From the NCBI GenBank assembly GCA_951406725.2, contig OX597818.1, forward strand, positions 97,960,001-98,024,000: a DNA stretch of 64,000 nucleotides. The letters are read 5' to 3'. This DNA comes from Octopus vulgaris (Eukaryota). Positions 1-11,510 of the stretch are shown in pieces. Position 1 is the stretch's first letter. Each line of letters opens with the position of its first letter. The notes beneath the pieces are model-generated. The model had not been told where the DNA came from and did not search any database. It saw only the letters and a list, made by a program, of their open reading frames with translations. The translations under genes were made by a program, and so were the position numbers.

Positions 1-290
1 GTAATAGATGGTTTTTCGTCCTTCGTTGGTGTAAGATCATGTGGAATTTTCATGGGAAGGTGTTACTTAAGGTGGAATTTCGTTTTCTGTTAATATTCCA
101 GTACAATATCCGTAACTTGTCTCAAAACGTTATTAATTTACTGTAATTTTAAAACATTGGACTTGTTGTAGCTTCAATTGCTCGGCATCGGACGTAACTG
201 GGAAAGTTACAATCCAAACCACACCCCAAACTTATAGCTCCCGTCACTGATCCCCACTTTATAGGTCGCAGGGTGGTTTTTGGAGTCATT
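1..290 (-). other. Candidate exon of a minus-strand host gene (acceptor at 291/290). A possible CDS start at ATG 53-51 (MKIPHDLTPTKDEKPSI...) runs off the window edge
   Basis: Non-repetitive island; minus strand reads TTTTTTCTCATAG|AATG at 303-287; frame is open from 53 to the window start; no recognisable protein motif. Confidence 0.3.
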
Positions 291-915
291 CTATGAGAAA
301 AAAGATGTCTAATAAACCGAAAAGTACGGTACTTTATTTTATTGTACTCGTTTTCTGAATTCGTATTCATACGCTATCATCGTTACATTAATAATGCACT
401 CCATATATAGTATTTGTAAAGAGTGATAGCTTTCGATTACATTTATTGTCTGTGTCTATACAATGAAACTATTAGTTATTGATAGGAGAGCTTGGTGCTT
501 TAACCTGCCATTAAATGTTCTGAAGTGTAGTCTGTTTGTTATAACACAACTATATTCATGTTTGTGTGTGTGCGTGTGTGTATGTGAGTGTGTTATATAT
601 GTGGGTGTGTGCGTGTGTGTATGTGCGTGCGTGTGTGTATGTGTGTGTATATGTGTGTGTGTGTGTGTACATGTAACAACAAAGACTTAACTTTTTCTTA
701 ATGATTTAATATTTATTTAGTGTCAAAATTTTTGTTGCACGAATTGCGACGTGGCCACCGACAACATTAGACTGAAGAGAGAGAGAGATGGGGAGGGGAA
801 GAGAGAAGGGAAGGGGAAGAGAGAAGGGGAGGGGAAGAGAGAATGGGAGGGGAAGAGAGAAGGGGAGGGGAAGAGAGAAGAAGAGAGAGATGGAGAAGAG
901 AACGGTGAGATAGGC

Positions 916-997
<82 letters not shown>

Positions 998-2023
998 GGC
1001 AGCTGGTATCATTGTAGATAGGTAGGAAGACAACCTGGTGTCGGTAGATTGGTGGGCAGTCAGGCATATGGTGATACAGTCACACGAGTAATAATAAAGA
1101 GATATGCAATATAAAACACACACGCACACACATAACAACCACACACAAACACACACACATGTACATAACAACATTTTCACCCTTCACTCATATGTTCCCG
1201 TTCTCTCTGTCTCTCTCTCTCGCACACACACACACACACACATACAGAGGCGCGCGAGCACATCATCTTCAAATTTTTCTTCTCTTATTCATAAAAGTGA
1301 AAATTTAAAGTACACGTGGGGACAGAAAACTTCATGAATCTGGCCCGACGGGTCCACCGTAGTTGTTAATAATTTATTGGCAAACGACTAACAGGCTCGG
1401 CAATTCACATTAACATCCTATTGATCCGGTCACACTTCGCCATGATGGCAGCAGATCCATCCCAAGCCAGCAACGAAGTTACCTCCCTTGGGAAATTACT
1501 GCTAGCTCTTAACGAAATGTCTCCCGACCCCAGTTCTGAAGTAATGAAGATGGCTAGGATTGTCATTTTACTCTTGACACGACTAAGAAATGCGTTGAGT
1601 GACAGCGTGTCGTAAGAGTAATGAGCAGAACACGAAAGGTGAAGTTGATCTGGGCTCAGAAGACTTTATTGCATGTAAACACAGGGTTACATGTATATAT
1701 GCAAACGAACACATGCAGACACTTATACGCACACACATTCACAAATCTATGCATTCACAAATAGAAACATTCGTGCCTTATTTTCATGCTTTGTCTGCAA
1801 GTAGTATACACGCACGTACACATACATATATTCATATACATACACTACATAAAGATTATATATGCACACATGTATACACAACCTATGTAAATATATATGT
1901 GTGTGTGTGTGTGTGTGAGTATATCTAAATCTATGTATGACAAATATACGAGTACAGACTTTCTTGACTTAATGGATTCTTATACAAATATATACATATA
2001 CACATATATATATATATAAATAC

Positions 2024-2072
<49 letters not shown>

Positions 2073-2100
2073 TACATATATACATATATGTATACATACA

Positions 2101-2189
<89 letters not shown>

Positions 2190-2746
2190 AAGGAAAGAAA
2201 ATTGAGAAAAAATGGATGTAAGGATAATTTATTTGCATGATAAAAAGATGTTCAAATTTAAAAAAAAACGTGACAATACAAATAAATTACAAGTCGTAAA
2301 GTTAAAAATATGAAAACACATTCTAAATGCATCCTTCAAAGAAAAAAAATGTTAGCCGTAGTTTTATAAGGTCAAAATCGAGAAATTCTGCCCGATATAG
2401 TTAGAAAATGATACCTTTCTCAGCATTTAACCAAATGCTTAGAAATCCATATTGACTAGGGGGTAGTACTGAAACATACATGTAAGTTTTTTCACAGATT
2501 TTGAACTTCACAACTTATAATTTATTCGTATTGTTATGTTTTTAAAAAATTTCATCATCTTTATATCATACAAATAAATTATTCATACATTCATTTTTTT
2601 CTCCATTTACTTTCCTTCGATATTAATATGTATTACAACAATAATCCCTAACATATCGCAGTGACTTTCGGATTATATGATAATGATTAACAAGTGGAAT
2701 CTTTTGGATTATATAAACCCTAATGCCGATCTAACTTGCTCGAACC

Positions 2747-2813
<67 letters not shown>

Positions 2814-2814
2814 A

Positions 2815-3187
2815 AGTATCTTGCTTCCGAACCACATGGTTCCGGGTTCAGTCCCACTGCGTGGTACCTTGGACAAGTGTCTTTTACTACAGGCTCGGGC
2901 TGACCATAGCCTTGTGAGTGGGTTTGGTAGACGGAAACTGAAAGAAGCCCGGCGTATATATGTATATATGTATATGTGTGTATATGTTTGTGTGTCTGTG
3001 TTTGTCTCCCCCAACATCGCTTGACAACCGATGTTGGTATGTTTAAGTCCCCGTAACTTAGAGACCGATAGAATAAGTTCTAGGCTTCCAAAGAATAAGT
3101 CCTGGGGTCGATTTGCTCGACTAAAGGCGGTGCTCCAGCATGGCCGCAGTCAAATGACTGAAACAAATAAAAGAGTAAGAGTAAGAG

Positions 3188-3190
<3 letters not shown>
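2815..3190 (+). mobile_element. tRNA-derived SINE family A, 5'-truncated, with internal (TA/TG)n
   Basis: B-box GGTTCAGTCCC; body and tail AAAGGCGGTGCTCCAGCATGGCCGCAGTCAAATGACTGAAAC shared with many other copies in the window. Confidence 0.85.
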
Positions 3191-3246
<56 letters not shown>

Positions 3247-3640
3247 CACTTTTTCCTTTGAAGGATGCACAAATACATACATATACATAGATATATACAT
3301 ATATAAATACACACATACACACACATGCATGCATATATAAATACACATATGCACACACATATTCTGCTACTACGGGTTTCTTATAGTTTCTCTTTCATAA
3401 CTTGTTTTCATTCAGAAAGTTTATCCAATAAAAGCTGTATAATTCATAATTGATTAATTATATATGAATTAATTAATTGAACGAGTGCCTGTCCGGAAAG
3501 CTAAGAAATTATTGAATATACGAAGTTATAAACCATTTTTTTAAAAGCTGATCGTTAACGCAAAGCGAAATTTAAAATGTGACTGAACCCGGAACCATGT
3601 GGTTGGTAAGCAAGCTACTTACCACGCAGCCACTCCTGCG

Positions 3641-3693
<53 letters not shown>

Positions 3694-3753
3694 CTTGTTA
3701 CAGCTTAGAGCTGCGGCCATGCTGATGCACCGCCGTTTTGTGCTACACTGTTA

Positions 3754-6300
3754 TTATGAAGAACCTCCTCTAATATGTGACACTTGAAGAATGGAGTTTG
3801 ACATAGCTACTCTCATTTGCACCTCTTGCCGTGAGGTAGGTTCATCTGGGACTCTCGACAGGAAGATGTCCAGCTCTGATTTAAAAACTGCTACATCTAC
3901 TTTGTGCAAGTTCCTCAGACACTTTGGGAGAATATTAAAAAGCTGTGGGCCCTTGAAACCCAGGCTGTTGCAGAAGCTGGTCCTGAAGCGTGATGGCATT
4001 GCTGGGATATTTGGCACTATGCAGTGTCGTCCCGTTCTAGCATTGGTGTAGCTTACAATGCCAAAATTTGGCACAATTCCTTCCAGGATCTTCCAGACAT
4101 ATATTACTGCATAACTCTCCCGTCTTCTTTCTAGGGAGTAGAGTCTTAGCTGTTTCAACCTTTCCCAGTAGCTGAGCTGTTCCAAAGAGACGATCTTCTT
4201 TGTGAATCTTCTCTGGATTGCTTCAAGGTCCGCTGTTAATTTTACACTGGTGGGTGACCATAGCTGTGAGCAGTAATCCAGGCGGCTGAGGACGAATGTC
4301 CGCCAGAGGAACATCATGGTTTCCTTATCTCTGGTTCTGAATGTTCTTAGGATCCATCCAGCCAGTCGTCAGCACTTTGTCGCCATCCTTGTAATGTGCA
4401 CTTGGAAAGAGGTATCATCACTCATGTCAATACCCAGGTCCTTCACAGACTTAGGCTCTGGGATTGAAATTCCCTGTAGACCGGTGTATCCTGTAAGTTT
4501 AATATTCAGTTTTGGATGCTGGTAGCGCAGGGCCTGAAAATTTTCAGCATTAAACTGCATATTATTATCCTCAGCCCATCTGTAGATTGAGTCCAACTCC
4601 TGCTGCAGGTGCGCAACATCGCTGTGGTTCTGTATTTTCTGCGAGACTTTCGTATCGTCTGCATAGCTGGCCAGAGTGGCTATCCGGGCATTTGAGGGCA
4701 TATCTGAGAGGGCCACTATAAAAAGCAGTGGTCCCAAGACAGTGCCCTGTGGAACACCGCTCACTATTTGTGTGTTCATAGAGGTGGCTCCATTAACCAC
4801 TACTGCCTGACTCCTATCTTTCAGGAAGTCATGCAACCACACTCCAAGTTTTCCAGCTATGCCGAGGTCACGTAGTTTGTGGCATATCATACCATGATCC
4901 ACCTTGTCAAAAGCTTTTGCAAAATCAAGGTAGATTACGTCCACATTTGATTTGTTGAGTAACTGCCTCAACACCCAGTCATAATGCTGTAAGAGCTGGG
5001 TCAGGCAGCTCCTACCTGGTCGAAAACCATGCTGGGAATTACTCAGCAAGTTATTTTCCTCAAGGAATGCGATTAGTTTCTTTCTAACTATCCGTTCCAT
5101 GACTTTGCTAATGTGTGAAGTCAGAGAGATAGGCCTATAGTTTTTGGCATCTGCTCTACTTCCTCCTTTATGTATTGGGCATATTATTCCCTCCTTCAGC
5201 TTGCTTCGCAGTTTGCCATTCGCAAGAAAGCTCTGGAAGAGAATCTTGAGGGGTTTTGCCAGGGCATGCTTACACGCTTTGAGGAGGATTGCTGGGAAAT
5301 CGTCTGGACCAGCAGCTGAGTTTGTGTCCACTTCATCTATGGCTAGTAGGACATCTTTTTCGCTAATGTCAATACATTCTATTGTAACCGCCTCGCTGGT
5401 TATAGGTGATGCGGCAAAGAAGTCCACTGGTTCGTTCACTTGTCTGTGTTCCAACGGGGTGGTAAAGACACTTTTGAACTGGTCATTCAGCATCTCACTG
5501 ATCATAGTTGGACTGTCTGTGAGGGAGCCATCCTTTTGGAGGAGGGGTCCTATCTTGTAGTGCACTGAGACTGTTTCTTTCGCGTAATGAAAGAAGGCCC
5601 TTGGGTTTGATTTAATGTTTTTTATAACCCAGGCTTCTTTGTCTGCTTTCTCCTTCACATAGGATTGTTGCAGCCTTTTTTCGATCTCCATCAGTGTTGT
5701 TTTTAGACGGGACGTTTCGCTACTTTTGGGATGCTGGTTGAGACGATTTGCAACCTTCGTCCGTCGTCTCATGAGGATCTTCCTGTCTCTTGGAATCTTG
5801 CTCCTATTTGTTTTGGCTTTGTGCTCTGGGACATATTTCTGGCATACGGCTTGCACAGAAGATATGAAACATTCTAGTTTCATGTCAATGTCTGGTGCGG
5901 AGAGACATTCCGTCCAGTCCTCTCTGAGGATCTCTTTTTGGATCGATTTCCAATCTGCTTTGTAGAAGTTCAGATTGGAGAGATTTCGGGTGCTTCCTTT
6001 AGGCTGTATGTCTCAGGTTACTTTCGGCCCAAACATAGACAGCTCTATTATGTTGTGATCCGAAACTGATGTCGGTGTCACATTCACATTATGAATGATG
6101 TCCATATTGTTCGTGAAACAGAGATCCAGAATGTTATTCGCCCAAGTTGGCTTGAGTACAACTTGCTCCATGAATAAGGCATTGGTGAGGTTGAGCAGGG
6201 ACTCCACCTGTACTTGCTTGCAATGATTCATTCCTGAGAGTATGTGACCTTCGGGCCATTTGACGTTGGGGAAGTTGAAATCACCCATAAGAAATATGGT
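3754..6300 (-). pseudogene. LINE ORF2 (C-terminal part of APE endonuclease, reverse transcriptase, C-terminal domain) in one frame with two in-frame TGA stops (6013-6015, 4369-4371)
   Basis: MGDFNFP, ILDLCF and SDHN (APE); NYRPISLTS, QHGFRPGRSC, YLDFAKAFDKV, GVPQGTVLGPLLF, YADD (RT); LSYWERLKQLRLYSLERRR typical of the CR1 group. ORFs 6013-6288, 4369-5883 and 3754-4317 share one frame. Confidence 0.95.
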
Positions 6301-6665
6301 AAAAAAGACTCCTGTTCAGCTTCGTTTTTGAAAGTTTTCCTGGGAGACATTTCTTGTGTTCCCTCGGTAAAGATTTTCTCTTTGAGTCCCCTGAATTTCT
6401 GGCGGGGTGTCGGGTGGGCGAACCGGCAGTTTTTGCCATCCTCACAATAATTTTCAATTATGTTGTCCAGTGTTTTGATGTGTGGTCTTATAAGCATGTA
6501 AGACCGGATAAACTCATTTTTCTTCCGCTCTATTTGGTCAATGGTTCTATGAAAACCATTGTTTTTTAGCGCGGCAGTGATGATGTTGTTCGGCGGATCG
6601 CCACTAGCAATCGTCCATGCTCTCAGCAGAAGATTTAACTCTTTCTTTTCCCACTTTGGTGCCAT
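6300..6665 (-). pseudogene. LINE ORF1 N-terminal remnant with a Myb/SANT-like domain and a partial CCCH zinc finger
   Basis: MAPKWEKKELNLLLRAW...IITAALKNNGFHRTIDQIERKK fits the W-x3-E-x3-LL..W / GF-x-RT-x2-Q-x3-K pattern; CEDGKNCRFAH = C-x5-C-x3-H; fused directly to mid-APE sequence at about 6300. Confidence 0.6.
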
Positions 6666-7424
6666 CTTCGTTTTGAGGTCCAGAGGGGGAGTAGAGGCTA
6701 GAGAGGTAATGAGGAATAGAGAGAGGTAGAGACGGAGAAACACAGAGGGGGGAATAGGGAAAGAGTGAGGGAGATAGGAAGGAAAGAGAGAGGTGCTATG
6801 AAAGAAATCGAGAGGGTGATAGGAGGAAAGCAAGGGGGTGTGGTGTGTTAAAAAGACAGAGGAAGGTAGGGGAGGGGGAGAGGAAGGGAATAGAAGGAGA
6901 GACAGAGTGAAAGAGAAGAGGGGAAGAGAAAGAGAGGCAGAGTGAAGGAGAGGAGGGGAAGAGAAAGAGAAACAGAGGGGAGGAGAGGATAGCAAGAAAA
7001 AGAGAAACAGAGGGAAGGAGAGACAAGATGAAGGATGTGAGAGAGAGGGAGAGACGGAGTGAGAAGAATGGACGGATGAGAAGTATATGAGAGAGAGGGT
7101 GAGGTGACGAGAGGAGAGGTAGATGTGAGATGGAAAGGAAAGAGAAATGAGAGAAGAGGAGGATATGAAAGGGAGGAGGGGAGATGAGAAAAAGAGTAAG
7201 ATATGTAAGAGAGAGGAAAAGGTAAGCGTAAAGAGAGATGAAGGAAGGGAGAAAGGAGCTGGAAGTGGGGGAATATATGTAAGGGAGGAGAGAGGAGGTA
7301 GAAGAAAGTGAGAAAATGAAGGAATTATTTCATTCTAAACTAATTACAGGAAAATAAACATATGAAAGCGAAACAGAAATTGAAAGAAAGTTATTCTCAG
7401 AATGTAAACAAAGATGGCGTCATA

Positions 7425-7763
7425 AATCGTAACTGAGATGTAAGCTTAAAAAATTTAATAAACAAACAATCGTAACTGAGATGTCAGCTTAAAAAATTAA
7501 TAAACAAACAATCGTAACTGAGATGTTAGCTTAAAAAATTAATAAACAAACAATCGTAACTGAGATGTTAGCTTAAAAAATTAATAAACAAACAATCGTA
7601 ACTGAGATGTCAGCTTAAAGAATTAATAAACAAACAATCGTAACTGAGATGTTAGCTTAAAAATTAATAAACAAACAATCTTAACTGAGATGTTAGCTTA
7701 AAGAATTAATAAACAAACAATCGTAACTGAGATGTTAGCTTAAAAAATTAATAAACAGACAAT
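7425..7763. repeat. Minisatellite, 8 x ~42 bp (AATCGTAACTGAGATGTTAGCTTAAAAAATTAATAAACAAAC)
   Basis: Units start at 7425, 7468, 7510, 7552, 7594, 7636, 7677, 7719; no spacers. Confidence 0.95.
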
Positions 7764-7866
7764 TGCATAAGATACTTATGTTGAAAGGTACAGTCCAAAC
7801 CCTCGTGCTTGTACGAAGAAATTTTCTTTCACAACAGAAAAGAAAACAATTCTTTTTCTTTCTTAC

Positions 7867-7955
7867 CTTTGACTGAAGATAAATTAAAAACTTGCCACCA
7901 CGTGCTTTTTCGGCGAAGATTCTAGCATGCGTAACCAACTTTACTGTATTATGGC
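7867..7955 (-). other. Candidate internal exon of the minus-strand transcript
   Basis: Consensus donor AAG|GTAAGA at 7867/7866; possible acceptors TTGAAG| or ATACAG| within about 90 nt; non-repetitive island. Confidence 0.3.
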
Positions 7956-8139
7956 TTCAAGCGAAATATATTACGTGTATAATTAATATATTTTCAATTA
8001 ATGCATTTTAGTAGATTTATGAGTCAACAAGTTCTACGTTTTGTTACTTTCAGTAGAATATTTCGTCGATTTATGCAAACCTTTTTGTTTTTTCACAGAG
8101 CAAAAGCAAACACGTCTTTTCTCTACGAAAACCGGAAGT

Positions 8140-8153
8140 AATATATATACATA

Positions 8154-8201
<48 letters not shown>

Positions 8202-8376
8202 TATACATATATATATACATATATATATACATATATATATATACATATATATATATACATATATATATATACATATACATATGTACATATATATATATAT
8301 ACATATATATATATGTATATATATATACATATATATATACATATATGCATATATATATACATATATATATATACAC

Positions 8377-8411
<35 letters not shown>

Positions 8412-8526
8412 CATACATATATATATACATATACATATATATATATATATATATACATACATATATATACATATATATATATACATACATATATATATAC
8501 ATATATATATTTACATATATATATCC

Positions 8527-8581
<55 letters not shown>

Positions 8582-8632
8582 CATATATATATATATACAT
8601 ATATATACATATATATACATATATATATATAC

Positions 8633-8663
<31 letters not shown>

Positions 8664-8664
8664 C

Positions 8665-8697
<33 letters not shown>

Positions 8698-8930
8698 CAT
8701 ATATATATACATATATATATACATATATATATATACATATATATATATACATATATGTGTTTTTATTTCTCCTTTAGCTTTCAGAATTACTACTATTTTT
8801 GGGGTTTGAGTTTGGCTGCTCTTTTCAAGTGAGTTGAAAGACCTGTTAGGGTCATTCCTTAATACTTTGTTGTATATACATATATGTATACATATATATA
8901 TATACATATATATATATATACATATATATA
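8140..8930. repeat. Long compound (TA)n/(TATACA)n microsatellite, representative of dozens in the window
   Basis: Direct inspection; accounts for the YIYI-type ORFs. Confidence 0.98.
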
Positions 8931-9219
8931 TTACTCCCCTTCCCTTCTTCCCTCTTTCTCCCTCCCTCTTCCCCTTCCCTCTGCTCCCTCACTTCCTCTC
9001 TCCCCTTCTCTCTCCCCCTCTCCCTCTTTCCTCCTTCATCCCCCTCCTCACCTCCTTCTCCCCCATCGTCTCCTCTTCCCCCTTCTCCTCCCTCTCTTCT
9101 TCCCCTCCCCTTCTCTCCCCCTCTTCTTCCCCTCCCCTTCTCTCCCCCTCTTCTCCCCCTCCCCCTCTTCTCCTCACTACACCACATGACTTTACACATC
9201 ACATCACATATGATGTGCC

Positions 9220-9862
9220 ATACTAATACACACACCAACTAATACATACTAATACGTACTAATACATACTAGTACATACTAATACTTACACCAACCCTAT
9301 ACATACACACGTCCAGACCCCGCATACGCACTTATACTCTCTCTCACACACACACACACACCTATACATACCAATACGTACTAATACATACTAATACATA
9401 CTAATACATACACCAACCCCATACATACGCACGTCCAGACCAATCTTACGCACTAATACTCTCTCATACACACACACACACACACACACACACCCTTATA
9501 CATACTAATACATACACCAACCCTATACATACACACATCCAGACCCCTCCCACGCACTTTTAGCTGGTCCCTCAACCCTTTTATCAACCCTATTATCTCC
9601 CCTTATTTCGCTCTCGCGTCTCATGTTTGATCTTTGACCTCTGGCCGAAATCAGATCGCCATGTTGATTCGTTAGCTACTGCACGCATTTTTTCTCTCCT
9701 TCTTTCTGTGTTTTTCTCTCTCTGTGTATCTTTCTGTTGAAGAGCGTAGGCTCGAAACGTTAAAGACTTGTTTTATTTATATTCCTGAGCGCCATACTAA
9801 TACAATTGTTCGTTTGTTTTCCACCTGCCTTCGTCTTTTGTTTATTTTCATAAAGCTTCCCG

Positions 9863-9863
<1 letters not shown>
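9220..9863 (+). mobile_element. Non-autonomous Penelope-like element with internal ~120-bp tandem repeats and a hammerhead motif; 3' end abuts (TA)n
   Basis: Near-identical inverted copy at 50207-50630; hammerhead motif at 9729-9766. Confidence 0.65.
9729..9766 (+). ncRNA. Minimal type I hammerhead-like motif (variant core CUGUUGA)
   Basis: UCUUU-CUGUUGA-A-GAGC(GUAG)GCUC-GAAA-CG-UU-AAAGA; stem I UCUUU/AAAGA. Confidence 0.55.
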
Positions 9864-9911
<48 letters not shown>

Positions 9912-9988
9912 TACATATATATATACATATATACATATATATATACATATATAGATATATATATACATATATATATATATATACATAT

Positions 9989-10081
<93 letters not shown>

Positions 10082-10133
10082 TACATATATACATATATAC
10101 ATATATACATATATACATATATATATATACGTA

Positions 10134-10183
<50 letters not shown>

Positions 10184-10204
10184 TACATATATATATACAT
10201 ATAT

Positions 10205-10235
<31 letters not shown>

Positions 10236-11211
10236 TATTTTACTTTCAAAATTTTCGTTGCTCATGCAACCTTCTCAATGGATATCAATTGACAAGGTTG
10301 CAACAGCAACAAAAATTTTGGAAGACAAAAAAATGTATTAATAATAAATGAGTGGAAATCGAACAGATGAGTGTGTTAGATAATAAGGCATTATGACATT
10401 ATGACTCCCCAGACACAACAATATTTGCTTCAGCTCACGAATTCACACAAAGAATCTTGCAAATCAGATACAAAAACGAAGTATTAATTTCATCTTATGG
10501 GAGTGTATGTAAGGCGGTGAAATGACAGAATTATTATTAGCACGCTGGATAAAAATGCTCGGCGGCATTTCGTTCCTCTTTCTGTTCTTAGTTCAAATTC
10601 CACCAATGTCCATTTTTGCTTTTCAAACTTTTTGAGATTGATAAGGTGAGAAATGAGAGATGAGAGAGGGTAAGATTCAACTTACCCCCACCTCTCTCTC
10701 TGAAATTTAAGGCCGCGTGTCCATAGAAAGAATGGGGCTAATGCAGTTTCGCACTTCTTGAAAAATGAATTTTTATATTTTTTCGGATTCTTACGTATTT
10801 GATGTCGGAGATTACGAAGATGCAAAAAAAAATTTTTGTAAATTTCACACCCCTCCTATTGCAACCCTACCCCAGAATTTAAAATCTTGAACTTTTTCTC
10901 ATTCTTTTTTTTTTTTTTTTTAAACCACCTTTTCCAAATATAAAATGCCCTCCTCAACCTCCCCTTCTCCCAAATTAAAAATTTTTCAAATTTCACTCCG
11001 CCCCTCCGGCGGACCCCATGCACCGTCACCCCCCCAACCCCCCAACCCCAGACATCTCCGTTTTTTTTTTGTTCTTTTCAGCTGTTTCCTATGCCTTCGA
11101 TGATAGAGATACCGAATATGCAAGAAACCATGTATTCAAAGTTTTAAATTTAATAAGCGTATAGTTATGTGTATAAAGAGATAGAATAGAATAGAATAGA
11201 ATAGAATAGAG

Positions 11212-11267
<56 letters not shown>

Positions 11268-11269
<2 letters not shown>

Positions 11270-11510
11270 CTTTCTTTATTGAACACACAGGGCTGAACAC
11301 AGAGGGGGCAATTACAAATGTATGGCTTTTCTTTTCGAAGGTGGCAAAGAAAAAGGAAAAAAATGGAAACAAATGTAAAAAAAAAAAAGGCGATCAAAAG
11401 GGATCGTGTATAACAGAAAGAAATTCTTTTTTTTTTTAAGTAAGAAAACAAGATTATGTTCATCCATGTAAAGAAAAGCTTACGGAAAAGACTACGGTAA
11501 CCTCAGGTAG
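11268..11510 (-). mobile_element. 3' UTR fragment of the Tx1-like LINE, ending in (GATA)n
   Basis: Reverse complement matches 55225-55505 (GAGGTTACCGT.GTCTTTTCCGTA.GCTTTTCTTT ... AATAAAGAAA). Confidence 0.75.

Larger units (their letters stand above)
3690..7300 (-). mobile_element. CR1-group LINE, internally deleted, with CT-rich 5' region, ORF1 remnant, ORF2 and short 3' UTR
   Basis: ORF1 and ORF2 below are collinear; 3' UTR 3690-3753 ends at (TA)n; 5' boundary uncertain (pyrimidine-rich tract 6670-7300). Confidence 0.9.

Noticed and set aside
149-370. 73-aa ORF as a stand-alone gene
   Set aside because: No recognisable motif; it crosses a likely splice acceptor and is better treated as a possible uORF
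5144-5965. Plus-strand ORFs overlapping the LINE
   Set aside because: Antisense shadows of ORF2
6666-6995. Leu/Ser/Pro-rich N-terminal extension of the 255-aa ORF
   Set aside because: Translation of a CT-rich tract; the plausible start is the ATG at 6665
7425-7763. Regularly spaced repeats resembling a CRISPR array
   Set aside because: Head-to-tail units without unique spacers, eukaryotic context and no cas genes
8034-8907. Long ORFs of YI/HT/CV/LSIY repeats, here and throughout the window
   Set aside because: Translations of stop-free microsatellites in several frames; not genes
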